Shown here: in pieces, positions 12,135 through 24,039 of the stretch
Layout: each line of letters opens with the position of its first letter
Position numbering within the stretch: the stretch's first letter is position 1
DNA from: Octopus sinensis
Lineage: Eukaryota
DNA: 64,000 nt
Direction: 5' to 3'
Assembly: GCF_006345805.1 (NCBI RefSeq)
Contig: NC_042999.1
Location: 73,966,001 to 74,030,000, forward strand
Translations under genes and position numbers: made by a program
Notes under the pieces: model-generated
The model's input: the letters and a program-made list of their open reading frames with translations, nothing else
Told to the model about the DNA's origin: nothing
The model's database searches: none

Positions 12135-12640
12135 GGAAAAAATATTTTTACTACCTATAAAGACAACTAAACTACAATGGCTCCAATTCAGAATCACACA
12201 CAATGTTCTAGCAACTAATTCTCTACTATTCAAGATTAAATTGGCCAAAAGCAACCTGTGCACTTTTTGTCAATGTGAGGTGGAGATGGTATCACACCTT
12301 TTCTGGCATTGTGAATGTATACAGGCCTTCTGGCAACACTTCTTAGATTTGCTGTATGAAAGTGCATACATGTTTGCAACATGAAACTTTACACAGCTCA
12401 TTCTGTTTGGGTTGAGAAAAAACACATATACTGATAGCATCTTTGACTTGCTAGTATTATTAACAAAATTTTTATATATAAAAGCAAAGTGTCAAAAACC
12501 ATGCTCAGCTTCAAACAATTTAGATACTTTGTGCATGACAGATATCTAATTGAAAAAAACAGATCATACAATGAAAGCAAGCAAGAGGAATTTTATAAAA
12601 AGCAGAGGGTCTACCATGAGTCTGTAAATGCTTGGTAGTC
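12135..12640 (+). mobile_element. L1/Tx1-type LINE ORF2 C-terminal fragment (zf-RVT)
   Basis: Reads 'TKLQWLQFRITHNVLATNSLLFKIKLAKSNLCTFCQCEVEMVSHLFWHCECIQAFW'. Confidence 0.8.
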
Positions 12641-13499
12641 CTCTAGTGTTACTTCTTGTATAAACATATTAGGATTTTATGAGTGACTGACAAATGAATG
12701 TGTAGTAGTGTGTAGTCTATTATATTTTATTCTATTTATTTATTTTTTAATTCCTTTTCTCTCTCTCCTCTTTCTTTGTTATTTATTTATTATTATTTAC
12801 TTTTTTATTTGCTTTCCCTTTTTCTTTCTTTTCAGAAAAAAGGTGCTGTTTTCAATTTGTTTTATACAAGACTTCATGGTTCCCTGGCCAAGCTGGAAAT
12901 TGGAAATAAAAAAAAGCCAATTATAAAAAGGGGGAAAAAAAGAAAAGAGTATAAAAATATAAAAAATAAATAAAATAAAAGAATAAAAATAAAAATAACA
13001 CACAGACACACTCACACATACACATATATAAAGACTACAAAAGCATGGGTGAAGACAAAGACGAAGAAGGAGAAGAAGAGCAACAAACTGAAGGAAGAAA
13101 GAAGGAAGAGGGGAAAGAGAAGAAGAGAAAAAAGTAGAGAAAAGTAAATGAAATCAAGAGAAAATATAAATATATCAAATAAAAATATAAAATAAAAAAT
13201 AAGATTAATAGTAATTGAGAACAGTGAGGGAAGATTAAAGTCTATCAAGAATAACCAAATGGAAAAATTTAAGAATGGTCATTATTCTTGTGTTCTTGTC
13301 AAAAGCTGACCTGTGTGGTGAAGTCACCTATTCTGTTCTCACATGTGGGATGGTGTATACACACACACACACACACAAACATATATACACACACATATAT
13401 ACATACACATACTAATAAACTTATATGCCTCTTGACTTATCCTTTTGCATGTACACACACATACATATGCATATAATATGTATATATATATGTATATCA

Positions 13500-14705
13500 T
13501 CATCACCATCATCATCGTTTAACGTCCGCTTTCCATGCTAGCATGGGTTGGATGATTTGACTGAGATCTGGCGAGCCAGATGGCTGCACCAGACTCCAAT
13601 CTGATCTGGCAGAGTTTCTACAGCTGGATGCCCTTCCTAAAACGAACCACTCCGAGAGTGTAGTGAGTGCTTTTACGTGCCACTGACAATGATCACGCTC
13701 AAATGGTGCTAATTATGTGCCACCTGCACAGGAGCCAGTCCAGCGGCACTGGCAACGACCTCGCTCAAATGTTTTTGCACGTGCCACCAGCATAAGTGCC
13801 AGTAAGGCGATGCAAGTATATATATCATCATCATCATCGTTTAATGTCCGTTTTCCATGCTGGCATGGGTTGGACGGTTTGACTGGGGTCTGGGAGGCCA
13901 GGAGGCTGCACCAGGTTCCAGTCTGATCTGGCAGTGTTTCTACAGCTGGATGCCCTTCCTAATGCCAACCACTCCGTGAGTGTAGTGGGTGCTTTTTACA
14001 TGCCACCGGCACAGGTGCCAGGGTAGGCTGGCAACGGCCACAATTGGTTGGTGCTTTTCACGTTCCACTGGCATGGAAGCCAGTCAAGGCGGCGCTAGCA
14101 TTGGACACATAGGGATGGTGCTTTTTTAGATGCCACTGGTACAGGTACCAGGGGAGGCTGGCAACAGCCACGATCGGTTGGTGCTTTTTACGTGCCACCA
14201 GTACGGAAGCCAGTCGATGTGGCACTGGCATTGACCACGTACGGAGGGTGCTTTTTACGTGCCAATGGCACAGGTGCCAGGGGAGGCTGGCAACAGCCAT
14301 GATCGGTTGGTGCTTTTTACGTTCCACCGGCATGGAAGCCAGTCAAGGCGACACTGGCATTGGCCACATACAGATGGTGCTGTTTTAGATGTCACTGGCA
14401 CAGGTGCCAGGGGAGGCTGGCAAGAGCCACGATCGGTTGGTGCTTTTTATGTGCCACCAGCACAGAATCCATTCAAGGCGGCGCTGGTATCGGCCATGTA
14501 CGGATGGTGCATTATACGTGTTGCCGGCACAGGTATCACAACTACAATTTCCATTTGATTTTTTGATGTTGATGGTGATGTACTTGACTCAATAAGTCTC
14601 TTCAAGAACAGCAGGTCACTATGATCCAAGGTAAGTACAGCAGGCCGTCCTGTGATCCAAGGCACTTGGAAGGGCTGGGGCCTCTATGTGAAGCTGGTGC
14701 AGGAA
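13500..14705 (-). mobile_element. Two tandem RTE 3'-end fragments, the second with an expanded ~63-bp repeat array
   Basis: (CAT)n followed by CGTTTAA(C/T)GTCCG..TTCCATGCT.GCATGGGTTGG at 13500 and 13825. Same module as downstream of the RTE ORF at 59600-59970. Confidence 0.75.
13988..14540 (-). repeat. Minisatellite of ~8.5 units (62-67 bp) with A/B alternation
   Basis: Every unit starts GGTGCTTTTTAC(G/A)TGCCAC-like; odd and even units form two subtypes. Confidence 0.9.
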
Positions 14706-14759
14706 ACAGCCATGAACTCACATTTGTATATATATATAATATATATATATATATATAGA

Positions 14760-16459
14760 TAAGAAAGTTGGTTTGTGAAAGCATGTGGGTGAATATATAA
14801 AAAATAGTAAAGAGTGAAAAAACGACAGAAGGCTTAAATGTTAAAAAATATATATATTTGCGTCAATATGTCTGAAGAATATTAGAAAATTTTTTAAACA
14901 AATTTTTTTTTTTTTTCCTTTATAATGACATAATTTTTAAAGAAAGACCGGTTTCGCATTTAGCTTTTCAAATTTCTTGTGACGTTATGTTTATGTTTAA
15001 TAGAGTTATCCTTGTGTTTAAGCTCCGGAGAGTTCTAAATAAGGGAAGGTAGTGGGTGATTTCTTCCGGTGTAAGGGAGATAATCGCTTAAAAATTTTTT
15101 TCCTTTCCCTTAATGTGAATTTCTCTGTATCAGTATGTTCGGATGGTTGAGTCTGGGCTTGTACTTTTCAATGAAGAATGTTTCCTTGTTTAGTCTAATT
15201 TGTGTTGATGATCCGAAAGCACATTGGTAAAATGGAAAGATTAAAAATTGTGGTAGTAGTTGCTTTGCGCATTTCTCAATGTGCTCACTAAAAGGTGTCA
15301 TTCTATATTCTGGGAATGCAATCTGTTGTCGATGCAGTGTGCATCTACGTCTGAGTGATAGTCCCGTGGAACCCACGTAGTCTTGGTGGCAGCCCGAGCA
15401 TTTTATGACATAAATTATGTTTTCAGAGGCACAAGTAAAGTTAGATTTGATCTTGAATTTCTGTCCCTCTTTAAAGAGGAATTCTGATCCTTCTAGCAGG
15501 TTAGGACATGTTGCACAGTTCGATCTACCACATTTTTTCACTTTTGCATCCGTAATTTCAGAAGACAATTTTGCCTTTGTGAGAATCTTTTTAAGTGATT
15601 TAGGCTGTTTGTAGCTTTTAATGATTTGGTGTATGTTTAGAATTTCCTTTAATTTGGGGTTTTTATGAAGTATTGGTAAATTCTGGGTGATGATGGTGAA
15701 GGCTTCTTTGTTTCTGGGGTTGTATGTAGATATGTAAGGTAGTATTTTCGGGGAAGGTGTGTTGTGTTGAACTTTTCTTAAAGTTTCTATGTTGATTTCT
15801 GTTGCACGTCTGATCCCATCCTCTATGAGTTGAGCTGGGTAATGTCTGTCAATTAGGGTGTTTTTGAGTTCTTGCAGTCTAAAGTTCCTGGTATTTTGTT
15901 CTGACACTATTATGCAAATCCTTCTTGCAAGGTTGAAGGGGATGTTTGTTTTAGTGTGTCTTGGGTGGCATGAATTAAAGAGAAGGTATTGTTTGGCGTC
16001 TGTGGCTTTGTAGAAAATGTCTGTTTCTATTTTAAGGTTAATTTTTTTAATTAGTATATCCAAGAACGGGAGCTCCTTTTGGTTGTATTCCATTGTGAAC
16101 TGTATATTTGGGTTTATGCTGTTCAATAGGTTTTTAAATTTTAGGAGTTTATCTGTGTTTTCATTCCAGAGTATAAAACAATCGTCTAAGAATCGTTTCC
16201 AGTTCTCTTTTATGTATTGAGAGAGGGGATTTCCAAAGATTGATAAAGATTCCTGGTAAATGATTATTTCCATGTATCCCATTGTTAAGTTCGCAATGAC
16301 TGGTGCTGCCCTTGTACCCATAGCAATTCCGGATTTTTGACAGTAAAATGTATTGTCAAACATGAAGTGGTTATTGTGTAGGATGAATTCAATTGATTTA
16401 GTAATGAATTCTTTACTGATCCTTTTTGGTATTTCTTCCGGAAATTGGTCTAACCAGAA
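14760..16459 (-). mobile_element. Penelope-like element, 5'-truncated, young
   Basis: Stop-free frame 16459-15110 (450 codons): RT 'GIAMGTRAAP', 'KRFLDDCF' and GIY-YIG 'IIYVIKC..CHQDYVGST'. Flanked by (TA)n at both ends. Confidence 0.93.
14940..14978 (-). ncRNA. Minimal type I hammerhead, U3:A8 variant, in PLE 3' region
   Basis: AAGAAA-T-TTGAAAA-GC TAAAT GC-GAAA-CCGG-TC-TTTCTT. Helix III is palindromic ACCGGT; there is one extra U before the core. Confidence 0.68.
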
Positions 16460-16469
16460 CTATATATAT

Positions 16470-17900
16470 ATGAATAATGTAGGAAAAGGAATTTCTCAAT
16501 CGATCAGGTACACACCCTTTAGCATTACATGCATTTTCATATAGAGAATATATAACACATGTATTCCACATCAACATTGGTGTCATGATTGTAACATATT
16601 TATATATATTTATATAGAAATATACAAAATATATAATAATAGAAATTAATAATAGTTCAGTTATTGGGAATTCAGTCACTAGATTTGTGAGTATTCCATT
16701 TCAGATAATGCAAAATGAACATGAGTATTTATGATGGAAAACTCGTAGTATTATATGCACACAGTACTTGAGGATAAAACCAGTACAATAGCAGGGTCTA
16801 TAATATACTACCTTAATTAGCCCTTATTTGAGTTCAAATTATAATTAGAAAGGAACTACATGCGTTTCTGTATTGGAAGATCAGAATATATATAATCATC
16901 AGATTTATAATCCTACCAACATCTTCAGGTTCATTTATCAAAATATTGTTCACTGTAAAATTAAGCGTTAAATCAAAAATTAAAAATAAACTTTACAAAA
17001 TTAAGAATTAAAAATTATAATTTATAAATTATAAATATAAATTAGCATACATATATCTAACTTAGAATGCCAAATATATTATGTCAAATATAAAATTATA
17101 AATCAGAATGAAGAAGTCTGTGATTAAATGTAAAAAATAAAGATGCATATCCACTTGTGATAGGGCCAAGATGTCATTCAAAATGGCAATTAAAGAAGTG
17201 AATATAGCAGAGCGTTATGGGAATTTATAGGTGATTAGTTCTAAGGGGGGTAATTCACTAAGCATAGTTTAAATTACCTACTTCTATTATTATATTCTAT
17301 GTTTAGGGATATATATAATTTGTTATGATGTAATATTTTATAATATTTAATCAATTTATTTATTCAATTATTTATATAATCTATTCAACTACTGTAGAAA
17401 TCAAAAGTGTCAGTATTAAAATATTTAGAAAGCTTACATTTAGTTTTATGACAGCATTCATCTATATGTGGATTATGTCTTCCATCACTAGATGTTATAT
17501 TATAGCTAGAGCTATTATTTATTGTGCTGTTATAATAATTATTTAATTTCTTATTATTTATTGAGGAGATGATATTACTTACATTCCTTGATGTTAAGTA
17601 GCCCACTCTTACGGTTTTATTGCAGAATAAGTCCTTTTTAAAAGACACTTTTACAATTTTTAGTATATCTTTAATAATATTAGTCATCACTTGAGCCCCT
17701 TATGGAAAAATTAACCATATAATATCCTTTTTTATTTTTATATTTTTATATTTTTCATATTATAATTATTAGACACTATCAACATGTTATCAGGAGGTGT
17801 ATTATATCTCTGCTTATATAATGTATTATGTCTCTTATTATTGATCATATTCCCATTATCAATATTACTACTATTATTTTTATTGTAATCATTAATAGTA
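16470..17900 (-). mobile_element. Second, degraded Penelope-like element
   Basis: 17385-17690 'NKTVRVGYLTSRNVSNIISSINNKKL...CCHKTKCKL' resembles the PLE linker before GIY-YIG. The AT-rich 3' region contains a hammerhead. Confidence 0.6.
16850..16935 (-). ncRNA. Type I hammerhead with canonical core and long helix II
   Basis: GAAC-CTGAAGA-[TGTTGG(T)AGGAT...ATCTTCCAA(TA)CA]-GAAA-C GCAT G-TA-GTTC. Helix I is GAAC/GTTC and the cleavage triplet is GUA. Confidence 0.75.
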
Positions 17901-17904
17901 AATA

Positions 17905-18835
17905 TGTTGATTTTATCTTTATTTAGTTTCTTCTTAATAAGTAGGAAGGTAGGCAAACCACAAATCCCTTCAGGTAGATGGCTCTGCTTGATTTGTAGAA
18001 AAGGCATAGGTAGAAACTCTTTAAAATGTACCCAGTGTAAGCTATGGACACATAAGAGGTGCAGCAATATTAAAGGAAGGCTAACTGGGAAGATAGTTTT
18101 TGTATGTGGCAGAAGTTCAGGAGCAATAAACACTGAAAATGTGCAGAGAACAACTTCTGCCACATTCCAGGGAGAAAAACTAGAAGTAGTTGATAGCTTC
18201 TGTTACCTAGGTGACCAAGTCAGTAGCGGGGGAGGGTGCGCTGAAAGTGTAGCTGCTAGAATAAGAATAACCTGGGCAAAGTTCAGAGAGCTCTTACCTC
18301 TGCTGGTGACAAAGGGCCTCTTACTCAGAGTAAAAGGTAGACTGTATGATGCATGTGTATGAACAGCTATGCTACATGTCAGTGAAACATGGGCCGTGAC
18401 TGCTGAGGACATGTGTAAGCTCGCGAGGAATGAAGCCAGTATGCTCCGATGAATGTGTAATCTCAGTGTGCATACTCAACAGAGTGTAAGTACCTTGAGA
18501 GAAAAGTTGGACCTAAGAAGCATCAGATGTGATGTACAAGAGTGACGACTGTGCTGGTATGATCATATGGCGAGAATGGATGAGGATAGCTGTGTGAAAA
18601 AGTGCCACACCCTAGTGGTTGAGGGAACATGTGGAAGAGGTAGACCCAGAAAGACCTGGGATGAAATGGTGAAGTACGACCTTCGAAAATTAGGCCTCAC
18701 CGATGCAATGACTAGTGACCGAAACCTTTGGAAATATGCTGTGCTTGAGAAGACCTGGCAAGCCAAGTGAGACCGTAACCTCATGGCCTATGCCAGGTGT
18801 GTAACCAGCCCACTTATGTGTACCTTTCCTTCAGT
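17905..18835 (+). mobile_element. RTE LINE 3' fragment with PHD-like finger
   Basis: 'CLICRKGIGRNSLKCTQCKLWTHKRC', 'EVVDSFCYLGD', 'RITWAKFRELLPLL', 'GRGRPRKTW'. Confidence 0.88.
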
Positions 18836-18959
18836 GTATACTAATGTATATATACATATATATATATACACATTTCATACATACATATATATATATATAT
18901 CATCATCATCATCGTTTAATGGAAAATGGACATTAAACGATGATGATGATATATATGTA

Positions 18960-20645
18960 TGAAGGAGTCATACCTAATGACTGGTGTAGCAGTACCATAG
19001 TCAACTGCTACTAGGAGAAAGGTGATGCCTGAGGTAGAAATAATTACAGGTGTATCAAATTATTGGATCAGGTAATGAAAGTTACAGAGAAGGTCATAGC
19101 CCAACTAATTAGGGAGAGAGTTAGCCTATATGAGATGCAGTTGGTTCTGTGCCAGGTAGAAGCACTACTGGTGCTATATTTCTGGTAAGGCAACTGCAGG
19201 AGAAATATCTAGCCAAAGATAAACCTTTGTACTTAGCTTTTGTTGGCTTGGAGAAAGCTTTTGACAGGGTCCCTTGATCCCTTATCTGGTGGTCAATGCA
19301 GAAACTAAGGATAGACAAGTGGCTAGTAAGAGCTGTACAAGCCCCCTACAAGGATGCTGTCAGTAAGGTGAGGGTTGGCAACAATTATAGTGAAGAATTC
19401 CAAGTAGAAGTAGATGTTCACCAAGGGTCAGTCCTCAGCCCCATCTTATTCATTATAGTCCTCCAGGCAATAACAAAGTAATTCAAAACAGGCTGCCCCT
19501 GGAATCTCATTTATGCTGATGACCTTGCTCTAATAGCCAAGTCACTCCAAGAACTAGAGATGAAGTTTAGAGTGTGGAAGCATGGTCTAGAATTGAAGGG
19601 CCTTAGGGTTAAGCTAGCAAAAACTAAAGTCTTAGTAAGTAGGAAGGCTCGATGAAGCTAGATGGCCTGCTCAATCTGTAGAAAAGGTGTGGGTAGAAAC
19701 TCCATATGATGTACCCGGTGTAAGCTATGGACATATAAAAGGTGCAGCAATATCAAAGGAAAGTTAACCAGGAAAATAGTTTTTGTGTGTGGAAGATGTA
19801 CAGAAAACAGATTCCATCACATGCCAGGGGAAGAAAGTAGAAGTAGTTAATAGCTTCTGCTACCTAGGCGACCAAATCTGTAGTTGGGGTGGTTGTTCTG
19901 AGAATGTAGTGTCTAGAGTAAGTATAGCCTGGACAAAGTTCAGGGAGCTCCTACCTCTGCTGGTAACTAAAGGCCTCTTGTTTAGGATGAAAGGTACACT
20001 GCATGATGCATGTGTGTGAACTACCATGCTACACAGCAGTGAAACATGGGCCATGAATGCTGAGGACATGTGTAGGCTAGAAAGAAATGAAGCTAGTATG
20101 ATCCACTGGATGTGTAATGTCAGTGTGCTTACACAACAGTGTGTAAGCGCCCTTAGAGAAAAGCTGGGCGTAAGAAGTATCAAATATGGTGTGCAAGAGA
20201 TATGACTGCACTGGTCATGTGTTATGTATGAATGAGGACAGCTGTGTGAGGAAGTGCCACTCCCTAACTGTGGAAGGAACCTGTGGAAGAGGTAGATCCA
20301 GGAAGACCTGGGATGAGGTGGTGAAGCATGATCTTTGAACATTGGGCCTCACAGAGGCAATGACAGGAGACTAAGACCTTTGAAGATATGCTGTGATTGA
20401 GAAGACTCAGCAACTAAAGTGAACTCGCAGCCACGCATGTCCAGCCCTGTTAAGAATACCCCTGATGTGTTGGGCGATATGATATGCTTGAGAAGACCTG
20501 TTGAATCAAGTAAAACCAATATCGTAGCTGTGGCCTATGCCCCCTGACGGGCTCCCATGCCAGAGGCACGTAGAAAGCACCAACTAAATGTGGCTGATGC
20601 CAGTACCCCCTAACTGGCCCCCATGCCAGTGGCACATAAAAAGGT
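18960..20645 (+). mobile_element. RTE LINE RT/3' fragment (degraded)
   Basis: 'LEKAFDRVP', 'VHQGSVLSPILF', 'YADDL', then the same C-terminus and 3' UTR as 57530-59970. Confidence 0.88.
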
Positions 20646-20893
20646 GATGCAGTATGACCGTTTCTAAGAACTGCATGAAGTTTGCTGGGATCTATATTTC
20701 CAAAATTTATTTATGTTTCACAACTGAATGAATTTAATAGAAGCATCTAAGTATGAAACATCATAAAAATTGTTCAAACTGAAGTCTTTCTTGAGCAACA
20801 CCATTTTCTCAAATGAATAAATAAAATTGAATATCAAATATTTATGAACTTTTGATTTACTGTTCGGTGACTTTTGGCCAACCTCTCTCTCTC

Positions 20894-20927
<34 letters not shown>

Positions 20928-20995
20928 CGTATGTATGTATATATATATATATGTATATATATCTATATCTATACATATATATATATATATGTATA

Positions 20996-21418
20996 AGTAC
21001 CATCAGTTCGTGTCCGTTGCCAGCCTCGCCTGGCCCCCGTGCCGGTGACACGTAAAAGCACCATCCATTCGTGGCCGTTTGCCAGCTCTGTCTGGCCCCG
21101 GTGTCGGTGGCACGTAAAAGCACCATCCGTTCGTGTCCATTGCCAGCCTCGCCTGGCCCCCGTGCTGGTGACACGTAAAAGCACCATCCGTTTGCGGCCG
21201 TTTGCCAGCCCTGTCTGGCACCTGTGCGGGTGGCACATAAAAAGCACCCACTACACTCACGGAGTGGTTGGCGTTAGGAAGGGCATCCAGCTGTAGAAAC
21301 ACTGTCACATCTGACTGGGCCTGACGAAGCCTTCCAGCTTTACAGACCCCAGTTGAACCGTCCAACCCATGCTAGCATGGAAAGCGGACGCTAAATGATG
21401 ATGATGATGATGATGATG
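20996..21418 (+). mobile_element. RTE 3'-end fragment with a 4-unit ABAB array
   Basis: Four 61-62 bp units ending GACACGTAAAAGCACC-like, then CACTACACTCACGGAGTGGTTGGCGTTAGGAAGGGCATCC and (GAT)n. Confidence 0.8.
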
Positions 21419-21435
21419 TATATGTATATGCATAT

Positions 21436-22856
21436 ATGAGAGAGTACCTAAAAGTAAGTGGAAACATTCTCTGTGGGACAAGCATGTTGTCATTCAGCTT
21501 TCAGCACTAGAAGTCACTTAATGCGACCATCAGGCATTAATCTGCTGACCAGCATTGTCAAGTGGTGTTGTAGTACCACGTGGTGTGTCTTTGTTTTGCA
21601 GTGCTTCTCCCCTGTTTGCTGATTTTTGAATGGCTGAAATGAAGGGGAAGTATGGAATTGTTTTCTGCTGGGGAAAAAGGTGGCTGAAACAGTTCTCATA
21701 CTTCAAACAGCTTACAAAGACACTGACATGAGCAAAATAGATGTTTATGAGTGGTTTTCACACTTTAGGTCACTTGTTTGAAGACCAGCCTTGTTCAGGG
21801 TGACCATCAACCTCCTGAATGAATGAAAACATCACAAATATTCATGAAAACATCACGAAAATGAACTGATTTTGGAGGACCATCACCAAACAATTGACGA
21901 ACTTGTTGATATAACTGGTGTGTCCTGGAGCTCTTCCCAACAAATTTTGAATGAGGAATTGGAAATGAAAAGAGTTGCAGCGAAATTTGTGCCTCACATG
22001 CTCAAGGAAGATCAAAAGTAGTCATGACTGAATGCATGTCATGAACTGAAAGAACAGCTGGAAATTGATCTGAACTGTTTTGCAAAGGTCAACACCGGTG
22101 ACAAAAGCTGGTTCTATGGCCATGACTTGGAAACGAAGCAGCAATCAAGTCAATGAAAGCATTCAATGACACCTGCCCTCGAAAAGTATGTCAACTGAAG
22201 TCCAATGTCAAGTTGATGCTGATTTGTTTCATCGATGTGAAAGGAATTGTCCACACAATATTTGTTCCTCCTGGTCAAACTATTAATCAGACATTTTACT
22301 TGGCAGTTCTGAAGTGTTTGTGAGACAAAGGTAAAAACTAATGTACATACACATATTTGCTCACTCACACACACATATATATCTCCACATATATGTGTGT
22401 GTGAGAACTCGTGTGTATGTGTGTGTGTTAAAATGGCTACTATTGGTTTCATTCTGAGAAAAATGCCCTGACCATTGGCAGAGTGGAGAGTGATAGTTTT
22501 ATCATGATAATGCACCTTTGCACACTGCCTTGAGTATGAGACAGTTTTTGGTAAAAAATGGCATGACTCCATTTACCCCCCTACTCACTTGAACTTGCTC
22601 CCTGCAACTTTTTTTTGTTACCACAAATGGAAAAACGTTCTGCAGATGTGGAAGAGGCGAAGAAGAAAATGATGGAGGCATTAAAAGGCATAATTTTTCT
22701 AGAGTTCTAGGACTTCTTGAAACAGTGGAGAATGCATCTGGGCCAATGCATTGCTTCAAATGGAGAATACTTTGAAGGCAATAAAAGTGTAAATATGCAA
22801 ACTAAGTGAATTAAATAATACTGCAAAATTTTGGTTTCTTTTGGGTACCCCTCATA
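21436..22856 (+). mobile_element. Near full-length mariner pseudogene
   Basis: TIR-like GAG(A/G)GTACC ends; 'KRVAAKFVPHML', 'NTGDKSWFYGHD', 'YHDNAPLHT', 'PYSLELAPCNFFL', 'CIASNGEYFEG'. Confidence 0.9.
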
Positions 22857-23044
22857 TGTGTATATATATATATGTGTGTGTGTGTGAGTAAATTAATGAA
22901 GGAACAAGATGAATACGACAGTGAGGCTAAAATTATTTATTAAAAAAGGTACAATTTACATTGCAAAGAAATCCACTGCATGGTGGGTTATAAATTCTTA
23001 TATGTGCATATGTGTGCCTTTACATACACATATATACATACATA

Positions 23045-23124
23045 TATATATAAAGTTGATATTGTTTTAAATATATATGTAAAGTTAATACTGTTATATA
23101 TATATATATATAAAGTTGATAATG

Positions 23125-23159
<35 letters not shown>

Positions 23160-23225
23160 ATATATATATAAAGTTGATAATGTTATATATATATATATAT
23201 ATATGAAGTTAATATTGTTTTAAAT
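23045..23225. repeat. Minisatellite AAAGTT(G/A)ATA(A/T/C)TGT-(TA)n
   Basis: About 5 units with variable (TA)n spacers. Confidence 0.75.
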
Positions 23226-23597
23226 ATATCGATATTAACAATAATTGAACAAACACAATACATCTGTTGAGTATAGAATTTGCTATAAGTTTGTTAACAG
23301 TGTCATGGATGAGTTGTTACTGGTGGTGGTTTATTCGCATTTTTTGCAAAGCCATTTACCACCCCAAGTAAAAACTAATGTACATACACATATTTGCTCA
23401 CTCACACACACATATATCTCCACATATGTGTGTGTGTGAGAACTCGTGTGTGTGTGCGTGTGTGTATACGTGTGTGTGTGTGTGTGTGTGTGCTTGCTTG
23501 CGTGTGTGTGTTAATATGGCTACTGTTGGTTTCATGCTGAGAGATTTTCCAGCAATTATCATGCTTGCCACATGGGATGTTGGTACATGTCTCCATC

Positions 23598-23898
23598 TTG
23601 GATGAGAATACATGAAACTACACAAGACTGTACAGGATTTGGGGATAAACAAATAAATATACAGATCATGGGTGACAATTCTTAATTGTTGCTTCCCTTG
23701 CATTAACCCTGGCCATGTCCAAAATTATAAATATAAATATGAATACACACACATTCTGTATGGATGTCCATATACATATACGAGTGTATTCATATCTACA
23801 TTTATAAATTTGGATGTGCTAATGCAAGAGAAACAACAATTAGGAGTTGTCTCCCAAAATCCTGTACACTCTCTATAGCTTTGTGAATTCTCATCCAA
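23598..23898. repeat. ~300-bp foldback (long imperfect inverted repeat, MITE-like)
   Basis: TTGGATGAGAAT/ATTCTCATCCAA termini. Internal arms TGTACAGGATTTTGGG/CCCAAAATCCTGTACA and ATATGAATACAC/GTGTATTCATAT. Confidence 0.85.
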
Positions 23899-24039
23899 AA
23901 TAAAAATAAGTATCAATATCCCATGTGACCAGCTTGATAATTAATGAGAAATCTTCTCTCATCTTGAAACCAATGGTAGCCTGTTAACTCACAATAAAGA
24001 TTATTTATCCATCAATGTGGTGTTGAGCACTCATTCTCA

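Noticed and set aside
13988-14540. CRISPR-like repeat/spacer array
   Set aside because: The 'spacers' are homologous to each other in an A/B pattern, the unit derives from the RTE 3' UTR, there are no cas genes, and the context is eukaryotic.
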